A stretch of DNA of 64,000 bases, from assembly GCA_037968615.1 (NCBI GenBank), contig JBBKVX010000083.1:31634-95633 (forward strand), read 5' to 3'. The stretch comes from Rickettsiales bacterium (lineage in GTDB: Bacteria > Pseudomonadota > Alphaproteobacteria > Rickettsiales > UBA3002). Below, in pieces: positions 40,148-50,082 of this stretch (the stretch's first letter is position 1; every line of letters starts with the position of its first letter). Under the pieces are notes generated by a model. It was not told the DNA's origin. It did not search any database and saw nothing but the letters and a program-made list of their open reading frames with translations. The position numbers and the translations under genes are program-made.

Positions 40148-40596
40148 CCGCGCCCACGATAGGGCTGCACGCCCTGTTCGGGAAGCCATACGCCCTTGAT
40201 GGGCTCGCCCGTTTGGTAGAAAACGTCGATCGGCATGCCGCCACGTGGATACCAGTAGCCGCCGATGCGCAGCCATGCAGGCTGGATGGTATCGACCAGA
40301 CGCTTGGCGATGCCAACGGTGCAGGCTTCGTGGAAATCGCCATGGTTACGGAAGCTGTGCAGGAACAGTTTAAGCGATTTGCTTTCCACGATGAACTGAC
40401 GCGGCACGTAATCGATGACCAGATGCGCGAAATCCGGCTGTCCGGTAACCGGGCAGAGCGACGTGAATTCCGGCGCGGTAAAGCGAATGAGATAATCGAC
40501 GTTCGGGTGCGGATTGGCCACGCGCTCCAGCACCGCCGCATCGGGCGAAGCAGGTAGCGGCGTGTTCTGGCCGAGCTGGTTGAGTTCCTGTGTCAT
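40144..40596 (-). CDS. queF: PreQ0 reductase QueF (unimodular)
   Basis: [26 protein letters not shown] and FHEAC. Confidence 0.97.
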   Translation of the reverse strand: MTQELNQLGQNTPLPASPDAAVLERVANPHPNVDYLIRFTAPEFTSLCPVTGQPDFAHLVIDYVPRQFIVESKSLKLFLHSFRNHGDFHEACTVGIAKRLVDTIQPAWLRIGGYWYPRGGMPIDVFYQTGEPIKGVWLPEQGVQPYRGRG

Positions 40597-41300
40597 AGCG
40601 CTTCAGTAGCAATGGAGGGGGGAGCGGTCAACGCCGGATCCGTCATGCCGTGGGCGGCGAAGCCCCTGTTGCGAAGCTGGCAGCTGTCGCACTGGCCGCA
40701 GGCCTGGCCATCGATGGGGTCGTAGCACGAGAAGGTGTCGGCGTAATCGAGGCCGAGGCGCAGTCCTTCGCCGATGATCTCGGCCTTGCTCATGCGAATG
40801 ATGGGGGTGTGAATGGTAATGTGCTGTTTGGCTTCCACCCCATAGGCGGTGGCGAGATTGGCGGTGCGTTCAAACGCCTCGATGAATTCGGGACGGCAAT
40901 CCGGGTAGCCGGAATAATCGAGCGCGTTCACGCCGATAAAAATATGATACGCCCCCAACACCTCTGCCCATGCCAACGCAAAGCTCAGGAAAATGGTGTT
41001 GCGCGCCGGAACGTAAGTGATGGGTACCCCATGACCGATGTCCCATTCGCTACGGTCTTTCGGCACGTCGATGTCGGCGGTGAGCGCCGAGCCGCCGAAC
41101 AAACGCAGATCGATGTCGGCGATCTTGTGCTCCTTCGCGCCCAATTGCTCCACCACGGCGGCAGCGGCCGTAAGTTCGCTGGCATGGCGCTGGCCATAAC
41201 GGAAGCTGAGCGCATACACCTCAAACCCCTGCTCCTTCGCCATCGCAAAGGTGGTGGCGGAATCGAGCCCGCCGGAGAGAAGAAGAACGGCTTTTTTCAT
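40593..41300 (-). CDS. queC: 7-cyano-7-deazaguanine synthase
   Basis: SGGLDS, YGQRH, TYVPARN, YPDCR and C-terminal SCY...CGQCDSC. Confidence 0.98.
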   Translation of the reverse strand: MKKAVLLLSGGLDSATTFAMAKEQGFEVYALSFRYGQRHASELTAAAAVVEQLGAKEHKIADIDLRLFGGSALTADIDVPKDRSEWDIGHGVPITYVPARNTIFLSFALAWAEVLGAYHIFIGVNALDYSGYPDCRPEFIEAFERTANLATAYGVEAKQHITIHTPIIRMSKAEIIGEGLRLGLDYADTFSCYDPIDGQACGQCDSCQLRNRGFAAHGMTDPALTAPPSIATEAL

Positions 41301-41978
41301 TTATGGAATCCCCATGATTTTATGCGTTTGCAACGACAAACGGTAGCCGTCGCGCTGGGCCAGCAGCATGGCGCGGGCGAGGTTCGAGGCGTTGCGGGCC
41401 GCGTCGTATTCATCCATCGGCTGCACATACACAGCGATGTCGCGGCCATGTTGCCCCACTTCGCCGACATCCTGATAGGATTCGCGCGTGTCGCTGATAA
41501 TGAATTTCAGCGCATCCACCCGGCTCAACAAGTCAGGGCGCAGCGTATGGTAGGAGCCGCCACTCACTTTCGGCGAGCAGATGATATGCACCCCCTCCGG
41601 CAGCGGCCGCCAGAGGGTGCCGTTGGTTTCGATCTGCACGGTAAAGCCGCGCTGGAGCAGTTGCTCGCACAACGGCACAATGTTCTGGCGCAACGGTTCG
41701 CCACCGGTAATGACCACCAACCGCCGCACACGCTCGTGGTGCTCCATCGATTTCGCTTCGATATCGGCCACGGTCTGGCGCAAGGGCAGCGGTTCAAAAT
41801 CCTCGAACTCGGTGTCGCAGAACGTGCAGGCTAGGTTGCAGCCGCCCAGCCGCACGAACACGGCGGGGTGCCCGGTATACGGCCCTTCGCCCTGCAATGT
41901 CGGGAATATCTCCACAATATGCAGCGTCTGGCCGTCGTCGCCCGCTACTGGGGGGCGTATAGGATTTTTACCAAACAT
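41301..41978 (-). CDS. queE: 7-carboxy-7-deazaguanine synthase (radical SAM)
   Basis: EIFPTLQGEG, GCNLACTFCDT, ITGGEPL, IETNGT and LSLQTHK. Confidence 0.96.
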   Translation of the reverse strand: MFGKNPIRPPVAGDDGQTLHIVEIFPTLQGEGPYTGHPAVFVRLGGCNLACTFCDTEFEDFEPLPLRQTVADIEAKSMEHHERVRRLVVITGGEPLRQNIVPLCEQLLQRGFTVQIETNGTLWRPLPEGVHIICSPKVSGGSYHTLRPDLLSRVDALKFIISDTRESYQDVGEVGQHGRDIAVYVQPMDEYDAARNASNLARAMLLAQRDGYRLSLQTHKIMGIP

Positions 41979-42042
41979 CGGTTGCGCCGGTTAGGGTTGG
42001 TCGCTAGGCTTTATGCCCGTTTCCACTAGAAAGTAGCACGCC

Positions 42043-43245
42043 ATGCCAAAACCGCAAGACAGTGAATCCATCGAGAAACTGAAAAATGCCGGGCTCGAGA
42101 CCCGACTGGTGCATGGTGGCAGCATGCGCTCGCAATATGGCGAGGTGAGTGAAGCGATTTTCCTCAATTCCGGTTTCTGTTACGACGATGCCGAAACAGC
42201 AGAGAAGCGCTTCAACGGCGAGGAACCCGGCTTTGTGTACAGCCGTTACCGCAACCCCACCCTCGCCATGCTGGAAGACCGGCTGGCGTTGTTGGAAGGC
42301 GCTGAAAGCTGCATCGCGGTGGGCAGTGGCATGGCCGCGGTATTCGCCAGCCTCATGGGCATTTTGAAAACGGGCGACCGTGTGCTGGCCAACAAAGTGC
42401 TGTTCGGCTCGTGCCATTACATCATCACCGAAGTACTTCCGCGCTTCGGCATCACCACCGAGCTGGTGGAAGATGGTGGCTGGGAAAAAGCCCTCAGCAC
42501 TCCTGCCGCAGCCGTGTTCATTGAATCCCCCGCCAACCCGACGCTGGCACTGACCGATATCGCCGCAGTGTGCGCGCTCGCCAAAAAAGCCGGCGCTAAA
42601 GTCATCATCGATAATGTGTTCGCAGGCCCCCTCGCTCAGCGCCCGCTGGAATTAGGCGCCGACATGGTTGTCTATTCCACCACCAAATTCTTCGATGGAC
42701 AGGGCCGCACGCTGGGCGGCGCCATTTTGGGCAATAAAGAGCTGCTCGACGAAAAAGTGCTGCCGTTCCACCGCCATACCGGCCCAGCTCTCAGCCCGTT
42801 CAATGCGTGGGTGATCCTGAAGGGACTTGAAACCCTGCCTCTGCGCATGGAGCGCCACATCGCCAATGCCAAAGTGATTGCTGCCATGCTGGAAGCCCAT
42901 CCGGCGGTGGAGCGCGTGTTCTACCCTGGCCTCGCCAGTTTCCCGCAATTTGCGTTGGCCAAGCAGCAAATGACCGAGTCGGGGGCGTTGATCGCCTTTG
43001 CGCTGAAGGGCGGAAAAAAAGCCGCATTCACTTTCCTTAATGGATTGCGCATTGTCGCGATTTCGAATAATCTCGGGGACGCTAAGAGCCTGGCGACGCA
43101 TCCAGCCACCACCACTCACAGCAACATGACGCCCGACACGCGCAGCGCTTTGGGCATCACCGATGGGATGGTGCGACTTTCCGTTGGGCTTGAAAGCATC
43201 ACCGATCTTGAACGCGATATCGGAACCGCACTCGAAAGCATCTAA
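42043..43245 (+). CDS. metZ: O-succinylhomoserine sulfhydrylase
   Basis: SQYGEVSEAIFLNSGF, YSRYRNPT, YSTTKFFDGQGR (PLP Lys) and NNLGDAKSL..HPATTTH. Confidence 0.93.
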   Translation: MPKPQDSESIEKLKNAGLETRLVHGGSMRSQYGEVSEAIFLNSGFCYDDAETAEKRFNGEEPGFVYSRYRNPTLAMLEDRLALLEGAESCIAVGSGMAAVFASLMGILKTGDRVLANKVLFGSCHYIITEVLPRFGITTELVEDGGWEKALSTPAAAVFIESPANPTLALTDIAAVCALAKKAGAKVIIDNVFAGPLAQRPLELGADMVVYSTTKFFDGQGRTLGGAILGNKELLDEKVLPFHRHTGPALSPFNAWVILKGLETLPLRMERHIANAKVIAAMLEAHPAVERVFYPGLASFPQFALAKQQMTESGALIAFALKGGKKAAFTFLNGLRIVAISNNLGDAKSLATHPATTTHSNMTPDTRSALGITDGMVRLSVGLESITDLERDIGTALESI

Positions 43246-43689
43246 ATGCGCCTCATTGCCGCCATCCTGCTTCTGCTGTTGCCGAGCACGAGCTTTGCTG
43301 CGTCGGCCGATGCGGTTATTTTCAGCCGCAAGGGCGAAGTAGCGCTTTCGATGGAACTTGCCACCAGCGAAGCCGAGCGGACCAAAGGCCTTATGGGCCG
43401 CACCGAGCTTGAGCCCTACGACGGCATGCTGTTCCTGTTCCCGAAACCCAGCGATTACGCGTTCTGGATGAAGGATACGCCGCACGCGCTCGACATACTG
43501 TTCATCGATGCCACACACACCATCGTGCATATCTCGCCCGACACAAAACCCTTCACAACCAAGCCGCAGGCGGCGGGCGTGCCAATCATCGCCGTGATGG
43601 AACTTGACGCAGGGCGTGCTGCGCGCGAAGGTGTCGCGGTAGGGGATAAAGTACGTTATGTTTTGCCGGAAAATACTGCTGTCCATTAG
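43246..43689 (+). CDS. DUF192-family exported protein
   Basis: Signal peptide; ELATSEAERTKGLMGR, GMLFLF, FWMKDTPHALDILF and VMELDAG. Confidence 0.9.
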   Translation: MRLIAAILLLLLPSTSFAASADAVIFSRKGEVALSMELATSEAERTKGLMGRTELEPYDGMLFLFPKPSDYAFWMKDTPHALDILFIDATHTIVHISPDTKPFTTKPQAAGVPIIAVMELDAGRAAREGVAVGDKVRYVLPENTAVH

Positions 43690-44185
43690 CCTGATCACGG
43701 CGCTTCTGTCGCCCGCAATGGCCTATGCGCAAGCCACACCCATCATTTTCGAGCGCACCAATATTCGCATCGACCCCACCGTGTTTGGTGGTGCGGATGG
43801 CGAAGCCAGCATCCTGCGCGACCCAAGCAGTTTCAACATAGAGCTGCGGTCGGAAGATGCACTTAAACTCGAATACATCCACACGTTGAACACCCTCACG
43901 AACGATACTGGAGTGATGATCCTATTTAATGCACCGCTGCTGGCGCCATTGCCCGCCATGCAGGTGTTCACCCCGGTCGACGCCCTGTTCGTCGCCGAAG
44001 ATGGGCGCATCATTCAAATACTTCCCAACGTAGCGCTCGGCGAAATGACGCAGGACATCTACGCCAAAGAACATGTGAAAGCCTTCCTGTTCCTCGCCGC
44101 CGGGCAGGTTGCCGCGCGGTTCATTCAACCGCACGACATCGTAACGGGCAGCATGTTCGTGCCTTCGCCATCGGTGATGCAATAA
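43658..44185 (+). CDS. Divergent DUF192-like exported protein
   Basis: Signal peptide. DTGVMILF...MQVFTPVDALFVAEDGRII...FLFLAAG parallels the DUF192 core. Confidence 0.65.
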   Translation: MFCRKILLSISLITALLSPAMAYAQATPIIFERTNIRIDPTVFGGADGEASILRDPSSFNIELRSEDALKLEYIHTLNTLTNDTGVMILFNAPLLAPLPAMQVFTPVDALFVAEDGRIIQILPNVALGEMTQDIYAKEHVKAFLFLAAGQVAARFIQPHDIVTGSMFVPSPSVMQ

Positions 44186-44529
44186 TGAGTAGCGCCCAGC
44201 CAGAGCGCCTGAATGTTGCGCGCCTCGCAGTGCTTGGCCAGCAAAGCATGCATCAAATCCTTACCAGTTACCTGACCAGCGCCGACATGTGTTTGGGCCG
44301 CTTGGAGCGCGCCTGCGCCGACAGCGATTTGGTGCTCTGGCTGCAAACATGGCAGGTAATGAAGGAAACATCGCATGCCGTGACCGCGTACCGCATCGAA
44401 GCGCTCTGTCAGGAGGGCGAGATGCTTGATGTGCTGCCCGACCCCAAAGCGCAGCAATTGCTTTACCAAATGCAAAAAGAACTTTTGATTCTTAAGGGCG
44501 AAATCGCCCATGCACTTAAAGAGGCGTAG
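44185..44529 (+). CDS. Hpt-like four-helix bundle protein lacking the phospho-His
   Basis: ILTSYL...LERACADSD...[24 protein letters not shown] matches the Hpt pattern (AHxLKGsa..lGa..l...c..lE), with Q in place of H. TAATG coupling to the upstream gene. Confidence 0.55.
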   Translation: MSSAQPERLNVARLAVLGQQSMHQILTSYLTSADMCLGRLERACADSDLVLWLQTWQVMKETSHAVTAYRIEALCQEGEMLDVLPDPKAQQLLYQMQKELLILKGEIAHALKEA

Positions 44530-44938
44530 CCTCGATCACCACGAAAGCCTGCGCCAACGGATACTCGTCGGTGAGCGTGATATGGATCAGCGCTTGGTGA
44601 CCATCAGGCGTCAGGTAATCCAGCATCCGTTTGGCGTTGCCTTTTAAAGCAAGCGTGGGCTTGCCGCTGGGCAAATTCACCACTTCGATGTCACGCCAGA
44701 AAATGCCGCCACCGGCTCCCACGCCCGTGCCCAACGCTTTGCCGCAAGCCTCTTTGGCCGCGAAGCGTTTGGCGTAGGTGCTGGCCATGCCGTTGCGTTT
44801 ACTGTCGCCTTTGCGGGCGCGGGCCTTGGCCTGTTCGGCGTCGGTGAACACGCGTTGCTCGAACTTCGCGCCGTAGCGCGCCAGTGTTTTTTCGATGCGC
44901 GAAATATCGCAGAGGTCGGAGCCCATACCAATAATCAT
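44516..44938 (-). CDS. acpS: Holo-ACP synthase
   Basis: [26 protein letters not shown] and HITLTDE. Confidence 0.97.
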   Translation of the reverse strand: MIIGMGSDLCDISRIEKTLARYGAKFEQRVFTDAEQAKARARKGDSKRNGMASTYAKRFAAKEACGKALGTGVGAGGGIFWRDIEVVNLPSGKPTLALKGNAKRMLDYLTPDGHQALIHITLTDEYPLAQAFVVIEATPL

Positions 44939-45666
44939 GACCTTGCCTCGTCCATACGTTTGCGCATTTCATGGATGGCGGAGGCAAGACCGGTGAAGAG
45001 CGCCTCGCCCATCAGGAAATGACCGATATTCAACTCCACCACCTGCGGTATGGCGGCGATGGGCGCGACGTTATCGAACGTCAGCCCATGCCCGGCATGA
45101 ATTTCGAGGCCAAGCCCGGCACCATACTCCGCCGCTTTTTTCAGCTTCGCCCATTCGGCTTCCTGGGCTTCGCCTTCCAGCTCGGCGTAATGGCCGGTAT
45201 GCAATTCCACCACCGGGGCACCGATGCGCGAGGCGGCCAATAGCTGCGCCTCATCGGGCGCAATGAACAGCGACACGCGAATGCCCGCCGCCAGCAACGG
45301 GCCGATATATTCGGCCAGCATCGCTTCATGCGTTACCACATTCAGCCCACCTTCGGTGGTACGCTCTTCACGCTTTTCCGGCACAATGCAGGCCGCGTGC
45401 GGACGAATGCGCAGGGCAATTTCCTGCATCTCCCTCGTGGCGGCCATTTCAAAATTCAATGGCAACGCGACTTCATTTTTCAACCGTTCAATATCAGTAT
45501 CCCGGATATGCCTCCGGTCTTCGCGCAAATGCGCGGTGATGCCGTCGGCCCCCGCCTCACGCGCCAGCAGTGCCGCGCGCAACGGATCGGGCAGCGCGCC
45601 GCCGCGCGCATTTCGCAACGTCGCTACATGGTCGATATTCACACCAAGTCGGAGTTTCTGGCCCAT
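44935..45666 (-). CDS. pdxJ: Pyridoxine 5'-phosphate synthase
   Basis: [36 protein letters not shown] and LNIGHF. Confidence 0.98.
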   Translation of the reverse strand: MGQKLRLGVNIDHVATLRNARGGALPDPLRAALLAREAGADGITAHLREDRRHIRDTDIERLKNEVALPLNFEMAATREMQEIALRIRPHAACIVPEKREERTTEGGLNVVTHEAMLAEYIGPLLAAGIRVSLFIAPDEAQLLAASRIGAPVVELHTGHYAELEGEAQEAEWAKLKKAAEYGAGLGLEIHAGHGLTFDNVAPIAAIPQVVELNIGHFLMGEALFTGLASAIHEMRKRMDEARS

Positions 45667-45702
45667 GCGCCGCTTGTACCGTGCTTAAGGGAACCCGCCA
45701 AT

Positions 45703-45730
45703 AAAAAAGGCGCCCGGAGGCGCCTCTTTA
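45703..45730 (-). terminator. Intrinsic terminator after the two orphan genes
   Basis: Minus strand AGGCGCC-TCCG-GGCGCCT followed by a T run. Confidence 0.7.
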
Positions 45731-45745
45731 ACCATGGATACGTGG

Positions 45746-46054
45746 TTAGCGTGTAACGGCGGCTTCCTTGGAACGCCCCGAATTTGCCAGCATATAAGTG
45801 CCGGCGACACCCACGCCACCAACGATCGCAGCCGTAGTGACGGGTTTTTCTTTCAGCAGATGTTTGCCGGTGCCAACGAAACCTTCATGACCCTTCACGA
45901 AGAGGTCGGCTTTGTTCAGGCCGTGGCCGATATGTTCGCGGGTGCGCGACGCCAGAACGGAAATGGCATCCTTGCTTCCAATAGCCACATCCTTCGCGCC
46001 AGCAGCCATGGTGCGTGCGCCTCGTGTGATTGCAGCTGTAGGAATTGCGGTCAT
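45746..46054 (-). CDS. Small tail-anchored protein (C-terminus resembles DUF883/ElaB/YqjD)
   Basis: KEKPVTTAAIVGGVGVAGTYML near the C-terminus. AGGAG RBS upstream and terminator downstream. Confidence 0.65.
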   Translation of the reverse strand: MTAIPTAAITRGARTMAAGAKDVAIGSKDAISVLASRTREHIGHGLNKADLFVKGHEGFVGTGKHLLKEKPVTTAAIVGGVGVAGTYMLANSGRSKEAAVTR

Positions 46055-46097
46055 CGAACGTATCTCCTGTGCGTCAGCGACGCGGGTTCATTAAAAG

Positions 46098-47192
46098 TTA
46101 AGCAACGCCCATTGCGCCTTGTGTCTGCTCGCGGTTCGCTTCTTGCTCGGCATGTTTGCCGGGGCCTTTGTCGCCGGTGCCGGCAACGAACATAGCGGTG
46201 ATGCCTGCGATCGGAAGACCGATCATTGCAACGCGGCTCCAGCGAATGTCGCCAGGTTTAATGGTGTGGCTGAGAGTCTTGCCACCCTCCGCTGCTTTAG
46301 CAACACCTTTAGCCAGCGACTCTTCCGTGTGGCGAACCACATTCAGCAGCTTGGTGGTGAATTTGCCAGCCTTGCCAGCTTCAGTTACATTTTCCATGGT
46401 CGACTCCGTTGTGTTCTGTATATGACTTAAAGATACCGCATCATGAGCGGCAGTAGTGTGACGGTTTAATGAAGATTCCAACTCCCGAGACAGGGCGGGT
46501 CCAGTCTGGCCGCCAATCTCAGTGACAGTGCCGCCTTTGTAGGGCCGCACCGAATTATTCTTTTTAGGCAACTCTGCCGTTCCCGTTTTCGGTAGTTCCG
46601 TCATTTTTATCTCCGTTGCTTTCGTTCCGATGCGCGCTTCCGCATCTGCCAAATGTTTCATGCCTGGGCGCAGATGTTCTTCGACGTAATTCGCATCGGG
46701 GGCCAACTGCCGGGCACGCGCTTCGCGCACCATATGCACCGTTGCACGTTCTTCATGCCCCGCGCGGCCGAGATACTGTGCGTCGCGTTGCGCTTTGCTA
46801 ATTTTTACCACCGGCTCGATCGTAGGTGCCGCAATGCGAGCCTCTGCCTCCGCCAGCTTGCTAAAGCCAGCCGCGGTGACATCGTACGGGAAAGATAAGT
46901 TGGCGGGGCGCCGTGCATTGGCACGCGCCTGTTGCAGCAGCTCGCGCTGTTCCATTTTTAACGCCGCCAAGTCCGGCAGCCCGCCGGGCTTTTTGATGGT
47001 TGCCTTTATGTTGGCCACTTCGTAGGGCCGAATGGTTGAGCGCGATCCAAAATCCCCCGCCGGCACTTTATGCTGAACGGCAAGGCTGGATATCGGCGTT
47101 TTATGTTCCAGCGGATTCACGGACGGGCCAAAAAAGCCAAGTCCCGTAAGCGGGCCTGCCATGGACGTTCCGTATGGGAAATAACGCTGCAT
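46098..47192 (-). CDS. Orphan protein with a C-terminal TM helix and charged tail (364 aa; alternative start 47162)
   Basis: Long low-GC3 frame. TM segment VAMIGLPIAGITAMFVAG. Internal repeat LA(E/D)AEARI occurs twice. Confidence 0.7.
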   Translation of the reverse strand: MQRYFPYGTSMAGPLTGLGFFGPSVNPLEHKTPISSLAVQHKVPAGDFGSRSTIRPYEVANIKATIKKPGGLPDLAALKMEQRELLQQARANARRPANLSFPYDVTAAGFSKLAEAEARIAAPTIEPVVKISKAQRDAQYLGRAGHEERATVHMVREARARQLAPDANYVEEHLRPGMKHLADAEARIGTKATEIKMTELPKTGTAELPKKNNSVRPYKGGTVTEIGGQTGPALSRELESSLNRHTTAAHDAVSLSHIQNTTESTMENVTEAGKAGKFTTKLLNVVRHTEESLAKGVAKAAEGGKTLSHTIKPGDIRWSRVAMIGLPIAGITAMFVAGTGDKGPGKHAEQEANREQTQGAMGVA

Positions 47193-47197
47193 TAAAA

Positions 47198-47241
47198 TCT
47201 CGGTTGGAATTGAATATTCTCTCGGTTGGAATTGAATATTC
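47198..47241. repeat. Perfect 22-bp tandem direct repeat
   Basis: TCTCGGTTGGAATTGAATATTC at 47198-47219 and again at 47220-47241. Confidence 0.95.
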
Positions 47242-47288
47242 CCAATTCTACCAGCAAACGTCTGAAGTTTTATGAAGATTGGATGAAG

Positions 47289-49436
47289 CTACACACGCTC
47301 CACCGCCTGCACTACGTCTTTGGCGCGCAGCGAGCTGATGATGTTTTGCAGATGGCGCGCGTTCTTCACTTCCACATCGATGAGTATATCGAAGAAGTCT
47401 GTCGAGCGGTTGGTGATTTTAAGATTACTGATATTTCCCAAATCCTTAGCGATCACGTTGGCCACCGTGGCCAACGCCGCCGCCTCGTGGCTTAAGGAGA
47501 CACGTAGGCGACCAATAAAGGTTTCGTCCTGCCCCTGCGCATCCCACGCCACATCGATCCATTTTTCAGGGCTGTCCGAGAAGTTTTCCAGCGTGTCGCA
47601 ATCCATCGTGTGGATGGTGATGCCCTTGCCGGTAGCCACGATGCCGACGATCTTATCGCCGGGAATGGGGTGGCAGCAGCCCGCGTAATGGATGGCCATG
47701 CCCGGCACTAGCCCACGGATGGGCATAGGCACCGATTTGCGCGCCTTCTTTTTCACCGCCACTGCGGCGAATGGGTCTTTCACCCCGGCATCGGCCGATT
47801 TGCGGGTGTGGAACACCGCGTCGTACACCTGATTGCGGTTGATGATGCCCTCGCCCACTTCGGCGTACAGATCCTCGACCTCTTTCTTCTTGAATACGGC
47901 CAGCGCGGGATCGAGCATTTTCTCGCTCAGATCATGGCCTTCCTGCTTGAAGGTCTTGGTCAGAATGGCCTTGCCCAACGTCACGTACTCGTCGCGCTGC
48001 TGATCGCGGATGTAACGGCGAATCTCGGAGCGCGCCTTGCCGGTAACCACAAACCGCTCCCATGTCGGGCTCGGCGTTTGCGTTTTGGCGGTGATGATCT
48101 CCACCTGGTCACCGTTTTTCAACGTATGTTTCAGCGGCACAATGCGGCCATTTACCTTGGCGCCGACGCAGGTGAACCCCACGCCCGAATGCACCGCGAA
48201 CGCGAAATCAACCGGCGTGGAAGCGCGCGGCAGGGCAATGATGTCACCCTTCGGCGTGAAGCAGAACACCTGATCGTGGTACATTTCCAGCTTGGTGTGT
48301 TCGAGGAATTCCTCGGCGCCTTCCGATTGCTCCAGAATTTCCAGCAGTTCGCGTACCCAGCGGTATTGCGTGCCCTCGGTGGCGGCCTTGTCTTCGGCTT
48401 TTTGCTTGTAGCCCCAATGCGCGGCGATGCCGTATTCGGCTACTTCGTTCATGTCCTCGGAGCGAATTTGTATTTCGATGCGCTGCTGCTGCGGGCCGAT
48501 GACCGCCGTGTGGATGGACTGGTATCCGTTGCTTTTTGGCGTCGAGATGTAATCTTTAAAATGGCCGGGAATCGTATGGTATTTGGCGTGGATGAGCCCG
48601 AGGATGGCGTAACATTCCCCTACCGAACGTGTGATGATGCGGAACCCAACAATGTCGGCCAGCTGCTCGAAGCTGACACCCTTGCTCTCCATTTTCTTCC
48701 AGATCGAGTACGGTTTTTTCTCGCGGCCATATACTTTTACATCGGCCAGCCCGCCCTCGTCGGCCAGCTCACGCAGAATCTCTTCCACGCGCTGCACCTG
48801 GCTCTTGCCCTGCGTGCGCAGGAATTCTAACCGCTTGATGATGGATTCGCGCGCTTCGCCGAACAGCTCCTGGAACGCCAGATCTTGCAGCTCTTCCTTC
48901 ATGCGGCGCATGCCGATGCGCTCGGCCAGCGCGGCGTAAATTTCCAGCGTTTCTCGGGCGATGCGCTGCCGCTTTTCCGGCTTGGCGATATGGTGCAGCG
49001 TTTCCATATTGTGCAGGCGGTCGGCCAGCTTCACCATCAGCACCCGCAAATCGCGCGACATGGCAATGACGAGTTTACGGAAGTTTTCGGCCTGTTTGCT
49101 GGATTCGGATTTGATCTCGAGCCGGTTGAGCTTCGTCACCCCATCCACCAGATCGCGGATTTCGAGGCCGAACAATTGTTCAATTTCGTCCAGAGTCGCG
49201 TCGGTGTCCTCCACCGTGTCGTGAAGCAGCGCGGTGATGATGGAGGCAGTGTCGAGCTTGTATTGCGTCAGCTTGTAGGCCACTTCGACCGGGTGCGAGA
49301 AATACGGGTCGCCCGAGGCGCGTTTCTGGCTGCCATGTTTCTGCATCGAATAGACATACGCGCGGTTGAGGGCGTCCTCATCCGCAGTCGGGTCGTAAGC
49401 GCGGATTTTCTCCACGAGGTCCATTTGCCGTATCAT
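47289..49436 (-). CDS. spoT: Bifunctional (p)ppGpp synthetase/hydrolase Rsh
   Basis: HD domain (ALLHDTVED, VKLADRLHNM), synthetase GREKKPYSIWKKM and GYQSIHT, TGS and ACT domains. Start set at MIRQM. Confidence 0.97.
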   Translation of the reverse strand: MIRQMDLVEKIRAYDPTADEDALNRAYVYSMQKHGSQKRASGDPYFSHPVEVAYKLTQYKLDTASIITALLHDTVEDTDATLDEIEQLFGLEIRDLVDGVTKLNRLEIKSESSKQAENFRKLVIAMSRDLRVLMVKLADRLHNMETLHHIAKPEKRQRIARETLEIYAALAERIGMRRMKEELQDLAFQELFGEARESIIKRLEFLRTQGKSQVQRVEEILRELADEGGLADVKVYGREKKPYSIWKKMESKGVSFEQLADIVGFRIITRSVGECYAILGLIHAKYHTIPGHFKDYISTPKSNGYQSIHTAVIGPQQQRIEIQIRSEDMNEVAEYGIAAHWGYKQKAEDKAATEGTQYRWVRELLEILEQSEGAEEFLEHTKLEMYHDQVFCFTPKGDIIALPRASTPVDFAFAVHSGVGFTCVGAKVNGRIVPLKHTLKNGDQVEIITAKTQTPSPTWERFVVTGKARSEIRRYIRDQQRDEYVTLGKAILTKTFKQEGHDLSEKMLDPALAVFKKKEVEDLYAEVGEGIINRNQVYDAVFHTRKSADAGVKDPFAAVAVKKKARKSVPMPIRGLVPGMAIHYAGCCHPIPGDKIVGIVATGKGITIHTMDCDTLENFSDSPEKWIDVAWDAQGQDETFIGRLRVSLSHEAAALATVANVIAKDLGNISNLKITNRSTDFFDILIDVEVKNARHLQNIISSLRAKDVVQAVERV

Positions 49437-49505
49437 GCATCGCAATATAAGGGAGTTTTCAGTGCGTTGCCAGCCTGTTTGCGCGCCCAAGCCCTTCGGA
49501 GGCAT

Positions 49506-49543
49506 AAAAAAAGGGCCCAGTGGCAAAACCGCTGGGCCCTTTT
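49506..49543 (-). terminator. Intrinsic terminator between rpoZ and spoT
   Basis: Minus strand AGGGCCCAGCGG-TTTTG-CCACTGGGCCCT followed by TTTTTT. Confidence 0.75.
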
Positions 49544-49563
49544 GGTTTTTGGTGCGGAGACTT

Positions 49564-49947
49564 CTAGTCGTCCACTTCGACGTTCTCTTCCACGAAGCTC
49601 ATGCCGCCAGCCTGGTCGCCCGGCTGGATGTATTGGCGCGCATCTTCGAAAGCCTCGGTCACGAGGTTGGTGGAAGCGTATTGCTCTTCGTCCTCGATCT
49701 GGTCGGCGGGATCGAAGCCCGAGCCGCGTTTCATGAAGTGCTGGATGACTTCTTCGTTCACCAGCGACAGGTCGATGGTCTTGTCAGCGATTTCGCGGAG
49801 GCTGACTACGGCGTCCTTGTCGTTGTCGCGGTCGATGGTCAGCGGCATGCCCGACGAGATCTGTTTCGCGCGCTGAGCGGCGGTCACTACCAGCTCGAAG
49901 CGGTTCGGGATGTTCAGGATGCAATCTTCTACGGTAACGCGAGCCAT
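49564..49947 (-). CDS. rpoZ: RNA polymerase omega subunit
   Basis: MARVTVEDC...[16 protein letters not shown]...[12 protein letters not shown]. Confidence 0.98.
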   Translation of the reverse strand: MARVTVEDCILNIPNRFELVVTAAQRAKQISSGMPLTIDRDNDKDAVVSLREIADKTIDLSLVNEEVIQHFMKRGSGFDPADQIEDEEQYASTNLVTEAFEDARQYIQPGDQAGGMSFVEENVEVDD

Positions 49948-50082
49948 GGGTTCTCCAGCGGATTATTAAGGAATGGAGCGCGGTTATTAAGGGTTTTGAG
50001 CCCGGTTTGCAAGCTTTCTTTGTCCCTTAACGTCACACAACCTTCATACACATCACGCCCTTCTGCTGCTAATTCTCCCTCC

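Noticed and set aside
41979-42042. PreQ1 or SAM riboswitch between queE and metZ
   Set aside because: Only 64 bp must serve two divergent promoters, and no consensus elements were recognised.
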